Shown here: positions 17,887-27,858 of the stretch, one piece after another
Layout: every line of letters begins with the position of its first letter
Position numbering within the stretch: the first letter of the stretch is position 1
IMG/VR virus record: IMGVR_UViG_3300009285_002342
Location: 1-64,000 of that record
Direction: 5' to 3' (one strand)
Source of the DNA: a virus
Length of the DNA stretch: 64,000 nt
Notes under the pieces: generated by a model
Told to the model about the DNA's origin: nothing
The model's database searches: none
The model's input: only the letters and a program-made list of their open reading frames with translations
Position numbers and translations under genes: made by a program

Positions 17887-18794
17887 CCTAATGCCTCCTC
17901 ACTCGTATAAGCAAAATTATCAGGAACCGATTTCCCGTATCCCTTCCTTCCATCCGGAAACGTAATATATCCACCGTCCTTCTCAAACGTTCTAGATGCA
18001 TAAACAGAAGAAATTAATTCTTCGTGCATTTTTTCACCCGGCCGTATCCCGATAATTCTTATTTCCGCTTCTGGATATATTTCTTTCCCCACGTCTACTA
18101 TTCTACGGGAAATCATCTTAGGGGTAAAGATTTCCCCACCACTCATTGTTTCTAAAGCTAAAATTACCCTTTCCGCAGCCTCGTCTAAAGTAATAAAAAA
18201 CCGAGTCATTTTTTTATCCGTTATCGGAATATACCCTGTTTGTTTTTTAGCTAAGTCAATAAACAACGGAACCACGCTACCCGAAGAACCCCAAAAATTT
18301 CCGAATCGTATTACGGAAAACTTTGTAGTTTTAGGACTGTAGGCGTTACCGGCGAGAAACATATGATCTGAGGCTAACTTCGAAGCCCCGTAAAGATTAC
18401 ATGGATTAACGGCTTTATCGGAAGAAATCGCCAAAACTCTTTGTACCTTTCTGTCGATAGCCGCATCTATTACATTTTGCGCTCCGTTAACGTTAGTTTG
18501 TACCGCTTCGAACGGATCATATTCGCACTTGTCTACATGCTTAACCGCAGCACAATGAATTACTGCGTTTACATCGTCCAAAGCCCGATAAAGTCTGTCT
18601 CTATCCCTTACGTCCCCCAGCATATATCTTACAGGATATACAGACTTGGGGAATTTTCTTTCCATTTCGACTTGGTTAAACTCGTTGCGAGAATATACAA
18701 TAACTTTCTCCACCCCTCTCGCAACGAGTTTCGGAAGAATCGCTTGCGCTAGACTTCCTGTACCGCCAGTAATAAGAACGGTAGAAAATTTCAT
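17883..18794 (-). CDS. pseB: UDP-GlcNAc 4,6-dehydratase, PseB/FlaA1-like
   Basis: GGTGS, GDVRD, HCAAVKHV..CEYDP, SSDKAVNP.NLYGASK, RFGNF.GS.GSVVP, MTRFFITL, GIRPGEKMHE. Confidence 0.85.
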   Translation of the reverse strand: MKFSTVLITGGTGSLAQAILPKLVARGVEKVIVYSRNEFNQVEMERKFPKSVYPVRYMLGDVRDRDRLYRALDDVNAVIHCAAVKHVDKCEYDPFEAVQTNVNGAQNVIDAAIDRKVQRVLAISSDKAVNPCNLYGASKLASDHMFLAGNAYSPKTTKFSVIRFGNFWGSSGSVVPLFIDLAKKQTGYIPITDKKMTRFFITLDEAAERVILALETMSGGEIFTPKMISRRIVDVGKEIYPEAEIRIIGIRPGEKMHEELISSVYASRTFEKDGGYITFPDGRKGYGKSVPDNFAYTSEEALG

Positions 18795-19084
18795 TCTTCT
18801 ACCGCCTCGTAGGTAGCGTCAAAAATATCAGGTTTACACGGATAAAATTCTCCTTTAATACCTTTTATGACCCAATCACCTGGGCTAACCGATAATTCCC
18901 CTTCTAAAGTCGAAATAAGAAAATCGTAACCTCCATCTTCTAGTCTACCGCAATAAGTCGCAATTTCCATTTCCCCTTCTTTTATTCCTCCGTTAATCCA
19001 ATCGCATAATTCGTTAGCAGAATTTCTAGTTCCACTCCATTTCCTTGCTTCAATAACTACCGGTTTTTTTCTGAATTTTAGCAT
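18791..19084 (-). CDS. Conserved phage protein (RKKPVVIEA...TLEG...GEFYPCKPDIF family)
   Basis: Characteristic widespread phage motif set. Confidence 0.75.
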   Translation of the reverse strand: MLKFRKKPVVIEARKWSGTRNSANELCDWINGGIKEGEMEIATYCGRLEDGGYDFLISTLEGELSVSPGDWVIKGIKGEFYPCKPDIFDATYEAVEE

Positions 19085-19206
19085 TTTTTACCCTTTCATT
19101 GATAGTTGTTTCATCTGTAAAATAAATCTTCTTTCTCTGCGAACCTGAATTTTTCTTGTGTTAATTGACTTCCTTTTCCGATAATCTTTCTCTTCCTTTT
19201 CGTTCT

Positions 19207-19437
19207 TCATAGCAACCTCCTCCGTAAACTCTTAGCGTATTGTGCTAACCAACCATTCGTAAAGAACCAAGGTATACGTTTAAGTTGTTTATCTTCAATT
19301 GAACTTACTATTTCCTCAAGTTTTCCTGGTAATATTTCATCGCGCATTAAAGTATAAAGAAGAACAATAATTTTATCTTCGGTAATTATATTTCCAGATT
19401 CTTCCCTCATTCTTTTATTTTTATCTTGTTTTTTCAT
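19207..19437 (-). CDS. Hypothetical protein
   Basis: ATGA overlap, GGAGG RBS. Confidence 0.65.
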   Translation of the reverse strand: MKKQDKNKRMREESGNIITEDKIIVLLYTLMRDEILPGKLEEIVSSIEDKQLKRIPWFFTNGWLAQYAKSLRRRLL

Positions 19438-20525
19438 AGTAACCTCCTGATTGTACTGCAAACTTTTGAAGTTTCACTGTCAGTCATTAACGTAGAACAA
19501 GGCAAACAAATCCCTCTTCGAAAGATCATTTCTGCGACTGGATAACTTTCCCTATCAATGAAGGCTGGGCTTTCATTGAGCGGTCGAAATACGCGCCGGG
19601 TAGGGATGCCCTCGGCTTGAAGTTGTGATTGAAACGTAGGAACATGCCGCCCTTCGGGCAATAAGGCCGCTGTATACCACCAGTTAGGAAAGGTGCCTTT
19701 GGTTGCCTTTTGGAATTGCAATATATCCGAAAGTTCGGTTTCATAGATTGCGTGAATTCTTCGTTTTCTTTCCAGAAAATAAGGGAGTCTGTGAAGCTGT
19801 GAGAGTCCAAGGGCGGCGTTAAGTCCTGGCATTCGGTAATTATATCCAACGTAAGAGTGCAGTTCGTCATAACCACTTCCGTAATATCTCCGACCTTGAC
19901 ACGACAATCCCCTAAGATAATTAATTGGGTTTTCTGGACCAACGATTAAACCTCCTCCTCCGGTAGTGATTATTTTATTCCCGTTGAAAGAAAAACATGA
20001 AAAATCCTCTACCCCTGTTCTAGTTAAATAATTCTTCCTATGTATAGAACCTAAAGACTCCGAACTATCCGCTATAACGAAAATTCTATATTTTTCTATT
20101 TTATCGAGGATTTCTATACCGTTGACAGGTACACCATAAAGATCAACATAAACAACACCGATAAGACGGTCGTTCATTAATCTATCTATTTCGTTAGGAT
20201 TAATATCCCAAGTATCTTCGTCTACATCGCAAAATTTTATCTTCGCCCCTATATATTTAACAGCATTCGCAGTAGCAGCAAAAGTTAAAACTGGTAATAT
20301 TACTTCGTCTTCCGGTTTTACGCGGCAACCTAAAAGAGCAAGATGCAAAGCGGAAGTCCCACTGTTTACCACTAAGACATTTCCCGGTTTTACATTCAAA
20401 TATTCAGCTATCACTTTTTCGAAATCGCCTACTATCGGCGAAGACGTAGAAACACCTGCCAATATCGCTTTTTCTAAAGATTTATAATCATCGGAATTAA
20501 GATTTTGAAAGTCTAAAGAAATCAT
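19434..20525 (-). CDS. DegT/DnrJ family PLP sugar aminotransferase (LegC-like)
   Basis: NSGTSALHLAL, TFAATANA, DSSESLGS, FSFNGNKIITTGGGG and GYNYRM motifs. Confidence 0.93.
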   Translation of the reverse strand: MISLDFQNLNSDDYKSLEKAILAGVSTSSPIVGDFEKVIAEYLNVKPGNVLVVNSGTSALHLALLGCRVKPEDEVILPVLTFAATANAVKYIGAKIKFCDVDEDTWDINPNEIDRLMNDRLIGVVYVDLYGVPVNGIEILDKIEKYRIFVIADSSESLGSIHRKNYLTRTGVEDFSCFSFNGNKIITTGGGGLIVGPENPINYLRGLSCQGRRYYGSGYDELHSYVGYNYRMPGLNAALGLSQLHRLPYFLERKRRIHAIYETELSDILQFQKATKGTFPNWWYTAALLPEGRHVPTFQSQLQAEGIPTRRVFRPLNESPAFIDRESYPVAEMIFRRGICLPCSTLMTDSETSKVCSTIRRLL

Positions 20526-20676
20526 TGTATTCTTCCCGTTATCTCTAAGGCAAAAAGAAACATTGAAAGAACAAAAGATAAAGAAAATCCAATACTACCA
20601 AGTATCTGATTACTCTTAGTGGATTGAGCAATCCCGCATACCGAAATCAAAAGCATAGAAAGTATAAATACCGTTT

Positions 20677-21702
20677 TCATATCTTTTCCTTTAAAATATT
20701 TACAATCCTTCCCACTACGTTCCCGCCTTGATACGGAATATAACTAAAATCATAATTCTTTGCCTCCAATCTTTTAAAGGCGTACTCAATATCTTCCAAT
20801 TCGCATCGGCAATCAATTACAGAAGAAGCCCTTTCCCTACCTTTTTGTCTACTACCTATGTTAATCGTAGGAACCCCTAAAGCCGGCGCTTCAATAATCC
20901 CGCAAGATGAATTTCCTACTATTGCCTTAGCCATAGAAAGAACCTCTAAAAATTTAGATCTTTCGCTATGTTCTAAAACTAAGCTTGCAGACAGAGAATG
21001 TTCTGCAAGCCTATCTATCGCTTTATTTATTTCGTATCCACCGGGATCGCTATTGGCGGTAATAAAAATCTTAGATTCCGGCCGTTTTTGTAAAAAATAA
21101 AGAACTTCCCCGAAATTTTCTTTTTCTAAAGTATTAGGATGATAAATAATAAGAAGATAACCAAGATCCTTTTCCCTAGGCTTTAATCCTTCGCATCCTA
21201 ATGCACCTACGCAAAATACATTTTTTCTACCTAAAGATTCTAAACGGTATTTTGCGTTTTCGGTAGCGGGGAAATGCAGATAAGACATTCGGGAAATACA
21301 ATCACGCCAAACATCATCAGTATTTCCGCTTACTTCGCCACCGTGAAGATGCGCTATTTTTATTCCTAAAGTATAGGCGACTTGTGCCGCTGCGAAGATT
21401 TCTTGTCTATCCCCTAAGACCAAAACCATATCCGAATTCAAATTAAACAGAATTTCAGAAATTGATATACAGGCTAAACCTAAAGACTTACAGGCACCTA
21501 ACGCAGTATCGGAAGAAAGAAGGATCTCAGTTTTTAGACATTCAACGTCAATATCCTTAACAGTGTAGCCATGTTGCGGAGAAAGATGACTTCCCGTAGC
21601 TAAAACGGAAAGATTGAAGAATGAATCGCACTTTAGTTTATTTACTAAAGGTTTTAGTAATCCCCAATCAGCACGATTAGAAGTAATTATCGTTATTTTC
21701 AT
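20677..21702 (-). CDS. neuC: Hydrolysing NDP-N-acetylhexosamine 2-epimerase (NeuC/LegG)
   Basis: TSNRADWG, TGSHLS, LGDRQE, HLHGGEVSG, GNSSCGIIEAP and GSRQKGR motifs. Confidence 0.92.
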   Translation of the reverse strand: MKITIITSNRADWGLLKPLVNKLKCDSFFNLSVLATGSHLSPQHGYTVKDIDVECLKTEILLSSDTALGACKSLGLACISISEILFNLNSDMVLVLGDRQEIFAAAQVAYTLGIKIAHLHGGEVSGNTDDVWRDCISRMSYLHFPATENAKYRLESLGRKNVFCVGALGCEGLKPREKDLGYLLIIYHPNTLEKENFGEVLYFLQKRPESKIFITANSDPGGYEINKAIDRLAEHSLSASLVLEHSERSKFLEVLSMAKAIVGNSSCGIIEAPALGVPTINIGSRQKGRERASSVIDCRCELEDIEYAFKRLEAKNYDFSYIPYQGGNVVGRIVNILKEKI

Positions 21703-21703
21703 A

Positions 21704-22057
21704 TTAACTTTTAAAACCTTGGAATTTTTTGATTAACTTTTCCCTAACCTTAAAAACATTATCTATCAATATTCTGACCCAATCATCTTCAGAAACCCAA
21801 TATCCGTTCAAAATCTGATCTACAATTTTAAGACTCGTCGTATGATATAATTGTGGATTTTTTAAAACATCATAAATGCAGTTTATATGAACTCTTAAAA
21901 TATCTACCCCGTCGTTAAAATGATAATGTCTAAGAACCTTAACATTGACTTCGTCAAACTTATGGCAAATAACACAAGTATTTTCTTGAACAAGTCTTTC
22001 GTTTTTTCTTTCTTTATTTTTCGATCTCCACCTTTCCCATTTATCAATAAAATTCAT
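21704..22057 (-). CDS. Hypothetical protein
   Basis: Coupled ORF with AAGGA RBS. Confidence 0.6.
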   Translation of the reverse strand: MNFIDKWERWRSKNKERKNERLVQENTCVICHKFDEVNVKVLRHYHFNDGVDILRVHINCIYDVLKNPQLYHTTSLKIVDQILNGYWVSEDDWVRILIDNVFKVREKLIKKFQGFKS

Positions 22058-22267
22058 TTCTAAATCCTTTCTATTAATTTATAACTATATTCCTATTAAC
22101 GGAAAACATCATAAAAAGAAATAAAATCACGAATAACTGAACGACCGTAATACTAATTAATTCTAGTATTTTATCCGGCGTTTTAAAACACAAAAATATA
22201 ATAGCTAAAAGCCAGCAAATCCCGGTTATCTTTAAAAAAGTAGATCCTATTACAAGTTCTTGTATTT

Positions 22268-22477
22268 TTATTTATCCTCTATCGGCGCAAATAAAACATA
22301 TCCCGGAAGGTCTATTTTTCTGTAAATCAATCCCAATTCTTCTAACTTCCGGCATTCATTAAAAATTCTCGTATTATTCGAATCACGAAAAGGATAACCA
22401 TGAAGCCCCTTTCCTGTAATTGCAAATTTACCTTCGCCTCTAATCAAAGACAATAATTCTTGTAAACAGTCATCCAT
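22268..22477 (-). CDS. Hypothetical protein
   Basis: Coupled ORF. Confidence 0.6.
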   Translation of the reverse strand: MDDCLQELLSLIRGEGKFAITGKGLHGYPFRDSNNTRIFNECRKLEELGLIYRKIDLPGYVLFAPIEDK

Positions 22478-22479
22478 TT

Positions 22480-23103
22480 TTAAATTCTCCCTGTTATCCC
22501 GCCGTCTACGATTAGATTTTGCCCAGTAATGTACGATGATTCTTCGCTGATTAGGAACTTACAAGCCTTCGCAACATCTTCCGGAGTAGCCATTCTTCCC
22601 ATAGGCGTCTTCGAAACATACCTTCCTACAAAAAGATCGTCCTGATTATCGAAAACACCGCCCGGGCTTACGCAATTAATTCGGATCTTCGGAGCGTACC
22701 TTACCGCTAAACACCGGGAATAAGCAATAATAGCAGCCTTCGCAGCAGTGTACCAAGACGGCATCCCCATTCCCGTTCCATCGTATAAAGAATCGTCAGG
22801 CCCGATTATTCCGTAAATCGAAGCAAGATTAACAATACTTCCTTCCTTCATTCTTTCAGCGAATTCGGAAGTCACGTTCATAAAGAAAGAACAATGTGGT
22901 TCAAAAGCTCTAGGATACGCGCAATTCACTAAACCGACAATATCGTGCAATTCAAAAAGGGTATTTAAAATATATCTTTCGGAAAGATTCCAATATAGAG
23001 AAAGTCTTGGGTCGGAAGGCACAACATTATAATTATACCGCAAACTTTCGACTATCGCTTTCCCTATTAATCCTTCGCTTCCTGCTATAACTATGGTTTT
23101 CAT
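22480..23103 (-). CDS. SDR oxidoreductase (PtmA/ElaC-like)
   Basis: GSEGLIG, NCAYPR, ASIYG, YTAAK, NCVSPGG and GQNLIVDGG motifs. Confidence 0.9.
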   Translation of the reverse strand: MKTIVIAGSEGLIGKAIVESLRYNYNVVPSDPRLSLYWNLSERYILNTLFELHDIVGLVNCAYPRAFEPHCSFFMNVTSEFAERMKEGSIVNLASIYGIIGPDDSLYDGTGMGMPSWYTAAKAAIIAYSRCLAVRYAPKIRINCVSPGGVFDNQDDLFVGRYVSKTPMGRMATPEDVAKACKFLISEESSYITGQNLIVDGGITGRI

Positions 23104-23105
23104 TA

Positions 23106-23468
23106 TTAACTTTCTATTGAATGTTTGCTAAAAAATCGAATAATCGCTTCTGTATCTTGGATATTTGCTTTCGCTCTTAATAAAAAAATAAACTCTTTCA
23201 TTGTTTTAGTTTCTACAGTCGGATCAGTAATAATAATATCTCCGTTAATTATCATCTTTACTTTCCAGCCAGTCTTTGTCTTAATATTGACTAATTCCGC
23301 AAACAATAAAATTTCATCTTTTGTCCAATTTTTAGGTGATTCAACCAAAATAGTCCGAATTGTAGAACCCCTATTCCAGATATTTGCACTTGATGTATCA
23401 GAATAACTCATATTATCATGATAACAAGTATTTGAAGAACTACTAGAATACCTCCAATATTCAAACAT
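23106..23468 (-). CDS. Hypothetical protein
   Basis: AGGAG RBS. Confidence 0.6.
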   Translation of the reverse strand: MFEYWRYSSSSSNTCYHDNMSYSDTSSANIWNRGSTIRTILVESPKNWTKDEILLFAELVNIKTKTGWKVKMIINGDIIITDPTVETKTMKEFIFLLRAKANIQDTEAIIRFFSKHSIES

Positions 23469-23477
23469 TTTTATCTC

Positions 23478-23672
23478 CTATGCTGCGCATTCCCAGCAAA
23501 GATAAACCATTTCGCCTTTGCTATTCGCCGTATATTTCGAAGTACAAAATTTTCCACAGCAATCACATTTATGCGTAACCTTACATTCTGTCTCAAAACA
23601 GAAAGGCCCTTCTTCGCCGGAATGTTTACTATGAAATTCACAATTAGATTCATAACATTCTATAGCCATCAT
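23478..23672 (-). CDS. Small Cys-rich protein
   Basis: Multiple Cys pairs; TAATG coupling. Confidence 0.6.
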   Translation of the reverse strand: MMAIECYESNCEFHSKHSGEEGPFCFETECKVTHKCDCCGKFCTSKYTANSKGEMVYLCWECAA

Positions 23673-24019
23673 TATTCCCCTTTCACTACCTTATAGGCTT
23701 TTATGAAAGATCCATCAGGAATTACGGCACCGGGAAGTATTAAACAATAAGCTCCGATGCGGACGCTGCTACCTATCGTAATTTTCCCTTCTGTTTCGTT
23801 AATCGTATTTCGACTAAGAATACAACAATACGGGCCGATTTGAGTTCCTTCTCCTATTTCTACGCCTTTTTGTGCATTAATCAAAACACCGTGCGCTATA
23901 TCGGTATATTTACCTAATTTTAAATTACCTGGATGCAACACCGTCCACCCATACTCGGTAGGAATGCTATGTTCAATCTTAGGCATTTTCCAATTCGGAA
24001 ATCTTTCTCTGTTTGTCAT
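23672..24019 (-). CDS. Left-handed beta-helix acetyltransferase
   Basis: Hexapeptide repeats: LKLGKY, VEIGEG, TQIGPY, ITIGSS, VRIGAY, ILPGAV. Confidence 0.85.
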   Translation of the reverse strand: MTNRERFPNWKMPKIEHSIPTEYGWTVLHPGNLKLGKYTDIAHGVLINAQKGVEIGEGTQIGPYCCILSRNTINETEGKITIGSSVRIGAYCLILPGAVIPDGSFIKAYKVVKGE

Positions 24020-24393
24020 CCTTCAACCTCGTCTAAAGCAGTTTCGGCCAAATACGCTATTTCTAAAGCGTATTTCTTTCTCGCATCTTCGTCATCGGCA
24101 CAATTCCAAAGATTAAAAATACTAAGTTGACAAACTTCCGTTTCTTCGTCAATATCTTCGGGAAATTCAAAGTCTCCTTTATCTATCGGCCATTTTACTA
24201 AACAATCACCACAAAGAAGTCTATTGTTTTCTGAATATTGGCATAATACACAATTCGAAACCCAATCTTTACTTTTTACGTAAGAAGATTTACATTCGGA
24301 ACCATTTTCCGCTAAACAGTTCCACATTTCCATACATTCTTCTAAGGCTTCTATTTTACTTAGCATAATATCCCATAGACATAATAACGACAA
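24016..24393 (-). CDS. Hypothetical Cys-containing protein
   Basis: CVLCQY and CGDC; coupled. Confidence 0.65.
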   Translation of the reverse strand: MSLLCLWDIMLSKIEALEECMEMWNCLAENGSECKSSYVKSKDWVSNCVLCQYSENNRLLCGDCLVKWPIDKGDFEFPEDIDEETEVCQLSIFNLWNCADDEDARKKYALEIAYLAETALDEVEG

Positions 24394-24513
24394 TCACCCA
24401 TCCAATTAATCCTAAATACTCTGGCCAAGTCACATTAGCGCCGAATTTCTTTAGCTCAATAAGTTGTACCAGATAAAAGGCAACAATAAAAAGAGAAAGA
24501 AAAATTAAAAATA

Positions 24514-25224
24514 TCATAATCCCTCCAAGATATGTTTTCGAAACAAAAACTCGGCAATATCGAAATCATTTTGTGTATCTATGTCTGTAGCTTGCCAGTC
24601 TTCCATTAGGTAAATTTCTGAACGATAGGAAATCGGAGAGTCTAATTTATAATCCGACCATCCCCTATCGTAGATATAAATCGAAGCGTTTAGATCGTAG
24701 TAAGGCCAAGAATGATTATAACCAGACGGTTGTACACATCTTTGATCATTACCGATAAAACCAGACACAACTTGATTAAACCATGGAAGTCTTCTAGCCT
24801 TTGTAACAGAAAACAATGTAGGTGGCTTCTTTTCCTTAAAAAGTTTTAAGGCGTTAGCAATATCATCAGGTTTTCTTAAAGGGGAAGTAACGTCCAGATC
24901 GATTACTGCATCGTATTTGATTTTATAATGCTCTTCCGCCTTCTCTGTAGCATATCGAATTACGGCTAATTTTGGAACTTTGTCCCCGTTTAATTCTTCA
25001 GGACGACCTAAGATATACCGCCCCCAACATATTTTCAAAAGAAGTTCTTTGTCAATATCAGAACAAATCACAGTATCTACTGTATCGGATAGACGATAAT
25101 CAACAAAATCTTCCGCCTGTTCTAAAGTCCATCTCATTAACGGTTTCTCGCAAAAATTCTTAATATTTTTACCGGGAAGACGTTTACTGCCCTTGCGGGC
25201 TACGATAGTGATTAGAATATTCAA
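24514..25224 (-). CDS. neuA: CMP-nonulosonic acid synthetase (acylneuraminate cytidylyltransferase)
   Basis: ARKGSKRLPGKNIK, RPEEL..D, LDVTSPLR, NASIY and DIDT..DF motifs; TTG start overlaps upstream TGA. Confidence 0.93.
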   Translation of the reverse strand: MNILITIVARKGSKRLPGKNIKNFCEKPLMRWTLEQAEDFVDYRLSDTVDTVICSDIDKELLLKICWGRYILGRPEELNGDKVPKLAVIRYATEKAEEHYKIKYDAVIDLDVTSPLRKPDDIANALKLFKEKKPPTLFSVTKARRLPWFNQVVSGFIGNDQRCVQPSGYNHSWPYYDLNASIYIYDRGWSDYKLDSPISYRSEIYLMEDWQATDIDTQNDFDIAEFLFRKHILEGL

Positions 25225-25418
25225 TGTTGTATCCTCTTCTTCGCTGCTTTCTTCCAAGCTTTAAGGCCCATAGACCAAGCCAAAACGGCGTCTTCCGGAG
25301 TCATAGCGTTATCGAAAGTTTCCTCATCAATAAGTTCATGAAGCTTTAGCCATGCTTCGTCGAATTGAACTTCCCCGTAATGACTGGTAATATAGTTATC
25401 AAGATCGTTTTTGTTCAT
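25221..25418 (-). CDS. Hypothetical protein
   Basis: Coupled on both sides. Confidence 0.65.
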   Translation of the reverse strand: MNKNDLDNYITSHYGEVQFDEAWLKLHELIDEETFDNAMTPEDAVLAWSMGLKAWKKAAKKRIQH

Positions 25419-26254
25419 CCCCGTATCCTCATAATTTTTCGGAAAAGTTCTGAAGCGGAAAACAGGTTATTTTCTAAAACTGGATTGCCAATATTACGGA
25501 AGAAATAACGAAGTTGATTTTCATACATTTCTTCTGTAGCGGAATAATGAAGAATTTTATTTTCGGAAGGTTCTACCCATTCTACAAAACGGACTTCTTC
25601 TTTTGAGTCTATATCAAGAATTATATCACACTCAAAATCATCTTCAAAAACCGCAGTAAGTTCCGAACCATGTTCAATATTATTTTTCCAATCCCTAGGC
25701 CAACCTTTCAATTGTTCTATCGGTCCAAAAAGAAATTCTGCTAAGTCTATTTCGTGACTTAACTCAAGCAACACACCTCCCCCTTTCTCTTTTTCAAAAG
25801 AATAAGACGCCTTACCCCATTTATTTATATCCGTAGTGCAGACAATTCCCGCCCATACTGCGTTCTTTATTTTTTTCCTTACGGAGAGAAGTCCGGAATG
25901 AAACCTAAACGGATAGGCTACGTAGGCAGTAAGATTCTTCCTTCCTACGATGTATTGTAAATCATCTAATCCATCTAAAGAAGCGGAAATAGGTTTTTCA
26001 ATAAAAAGATGCATTCCGCGTTTAGCGCACTCTATCGCGTTCGGAAGGTGTAGATAGGTAGGGGAAGTGATAAAGGCTACATCGGGAAAAATAAAATCTA
26101 CTTCTTCCCATGAATGTAAGTCTGTAATGAACGGAAAGGAATTTTTCGAATTGCCAGAACGTAGAGCGAATAGTTCATAATCGGGAAAAATGGAATGGAT
26201 TAATCGGAGGTGTTTTTGCCCTATTGAACCTAAACCAGTAAATAATATTTTCAT
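25415..26254 (-). CDS. Gfo/Idh/MocA oxidoreductase (PtmF/ElaA-like)
   Basis: GLGSIGQKH, FIEKP, AYPFRFH and GGGVLLELSHEID motifs. Confidence 0.92.
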   Translation of the reverse strand: MKILFTGLGSIGQKHLRLIHSIFPDYELFALRSGNSKNSFPFITDLHSWEEVDFIFPDVAFITSPTYLHLPNAIECAKRGMHLFIEKPISASLDGLDDLQYIVGRKNLTAYVAYPFRFHSGLLSVRKKIKNAVWAGIVCTTDINKWGKASYSFEKEKGGGVLLELSHEIDLAEFLFGPIEQLKGWPRDWKNNIEHGSELTAVFEDDFECDIILDIDSKEEVRFVEWVEPSENKILHYSATEEMYENQLRYFFRNIGNPVLENNLFSASELFRKIMRIRG

Positions 26255-26365
26255 TTCTTTTTCTCCGTTCCTACGTAAGGGTATGGAAATAATTTCTAAC
26301 GGAAGTTGCTTACATTTTGTTTTCCTCCTTTCGTATATGGTTTACTGTATTTCCTTATACGTCTT

Positions 26366-26394
26366 ATTATATCCGTAAAAAATTATTTTTTAAA
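26366..26394 (-). promoter_or_regulatory. Promoter TTTAAA-N17-TATAAT driving the sugar cluster
   Basis: Same motif and spacing at four sites. Confidence 0.75.
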
Positions 26395-26600
26395 GGAAAA
26401 ATCTATGTCCGGAAAAAATATTTTTAAAAAATTAGCCGCGATTTTCACAGAAAATCGTCTTTTATTTCCGAAGTTAAGGTTCTGTCTGGTCGAAGGATAC
26501 GAAGTATCATAAGACACAAGCCTTAGCGAAGGAAATAAACGGAACTATATCCCTACCGGGACGAAGGGACGTTTAAGGATTTTCCAGAAGGTATGATCGT

Positions 26601-27812
26601 TCAAACTTTAAAATCAAGCAACTTTTTCCGATTTTCTTTTGTATCTTTTAAAAAATAAAGAACTTTCTTTTTCCATCTATTACCACGTTGAAATCTAACC
26701 TCTGTTCCTATAGAATAATAAAGAACCTTGCCTTGCCCTTTTTCTCCTATCCGAATAACAAAACCATTTTTTTCAATAGCGTTCAAATATCTGTAAACCC
26801 ATTGATGAGAAATTTGTAAATTTTTAGCAATTCTCTTTATATCGGGTTTAATTATAAATGGAATCTTTCTGTCCCCGTTTAATTCAACATAAAAAATTGG
26901 TTCTTTTGGTATATGGCGTTCGCTTAAAGACAATTCGTTCATAATTGGCAAAAATAACTTACATCCTTCACTTTGAAGATGATTATAAATTCTTTTTACC
27001 CTATTTATCCATAGTCGTTGCGAAAAATCCGTTCCTATTTTGTTTAGAGTATCTTCTTTACCATCATGGATTCTTTTATGACAATTTTTACAAACCACTA
27101 ATAATTTATCAAGGTGTTTTAATTCTTCTCCTAGTATATAATATTTTTTATGATGGACTTGTAAATCATCGGCGGATAAACACAATTCACATTTGTTCCC
27201 AACTAATTTTTTCTTATATTGCGAAATTGCCGACCAATACGGGCTTTTTAGAAATTCGGAGTAAGAAATATTTTTCAGGATAGCAATGGATTCCGGATTA
27301 TCTATATGTTTTTTAATTTCTTCTATCTTTTCTTCTATATTATCACTTACCTTCCATATATTTTTCCCAAAAATATACTTTTTAATATCTTCCCCTTTTT
27401 GGGTAGAAAAAGACAATTTTTCAATTCTAGCCTTACTAAGAACTATAGAGAGTTTTTCATCTTCTTTTGTAATATTTTCTTTTTTTGAACAAATCGGGCA
27501 TTTTAAGTTTTGCCGTTTAACAATATAAGATATAAATTCCTTTCTGTTAAAAAAAGAAACAAATAGACTTGAGCAATCTTCGCATTCTTGTTGAATCGCA
27601 AATCCCCTATTTTTAAAATTAGTATCTTTATGCGGTATTTGAGATATGATAAGTTCAAATATGGACAATTTGAACTGGCTAACCAACGCCCGCATTTTTT
27701 CAATGTCTTCTATTGTATAAAGAAAAGAATTGGATAACCCGGCAGGAAAAATAAAACAAGGAGAATCTGCGACATTTTTTAGTGTGAATTTCGAACCTTC
27801 ATAATCAAACAT
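26601..27812 (-). CDS. Multidomain protein: Zn finger, HNH and C-terminal winged HTH
   Basis: CEDC/CPIC; CELC..LQVHH..Y...VVCKNCH; IKRIAKNLQISHQWVYRYLNAIEKNG. Confidence 0.75.
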   Translation of the reverse strand: MFDYEGSKFTLKNVADSPCFIFPAGLSNSFLYTIEDIEKMRALVSQFKLSIFELIISQIPHKDTNFKNRGFAIQQECEDCSSLFVSFFNRKEFISYIVKRQNLKCPICSKKENITKEDEKLSIVLSKARIEKLSFSTQKGEDIKKYIFGKNIWKVSDNIEEKIEEIKKHIDNPESIAILKNISYSEFLKSPYWSAISQYKKKLVGNKCELCLSADDLQVHHKKYYILGEELKHLDKLLVVCKNCHKRIHDGKEDTLNKIGTDFSQRLWINRVKRIYNHLQSEGCKLFLPIMNELSLSERHIPKEPIFYVELNGDRKIPFIIKPDIKRIAKNLQISHQWVYRYLNAIEKNGFVIRIGEKGQGKVLYYSIGTEVRFQRGNRWKKKVLYFLKDTKENRKKLLDFKV

Positions 27813-27858
27813 CTTTTCTAATATCCTCCACCAAGAATTCCCTCTTTTTCTAGTTTAT

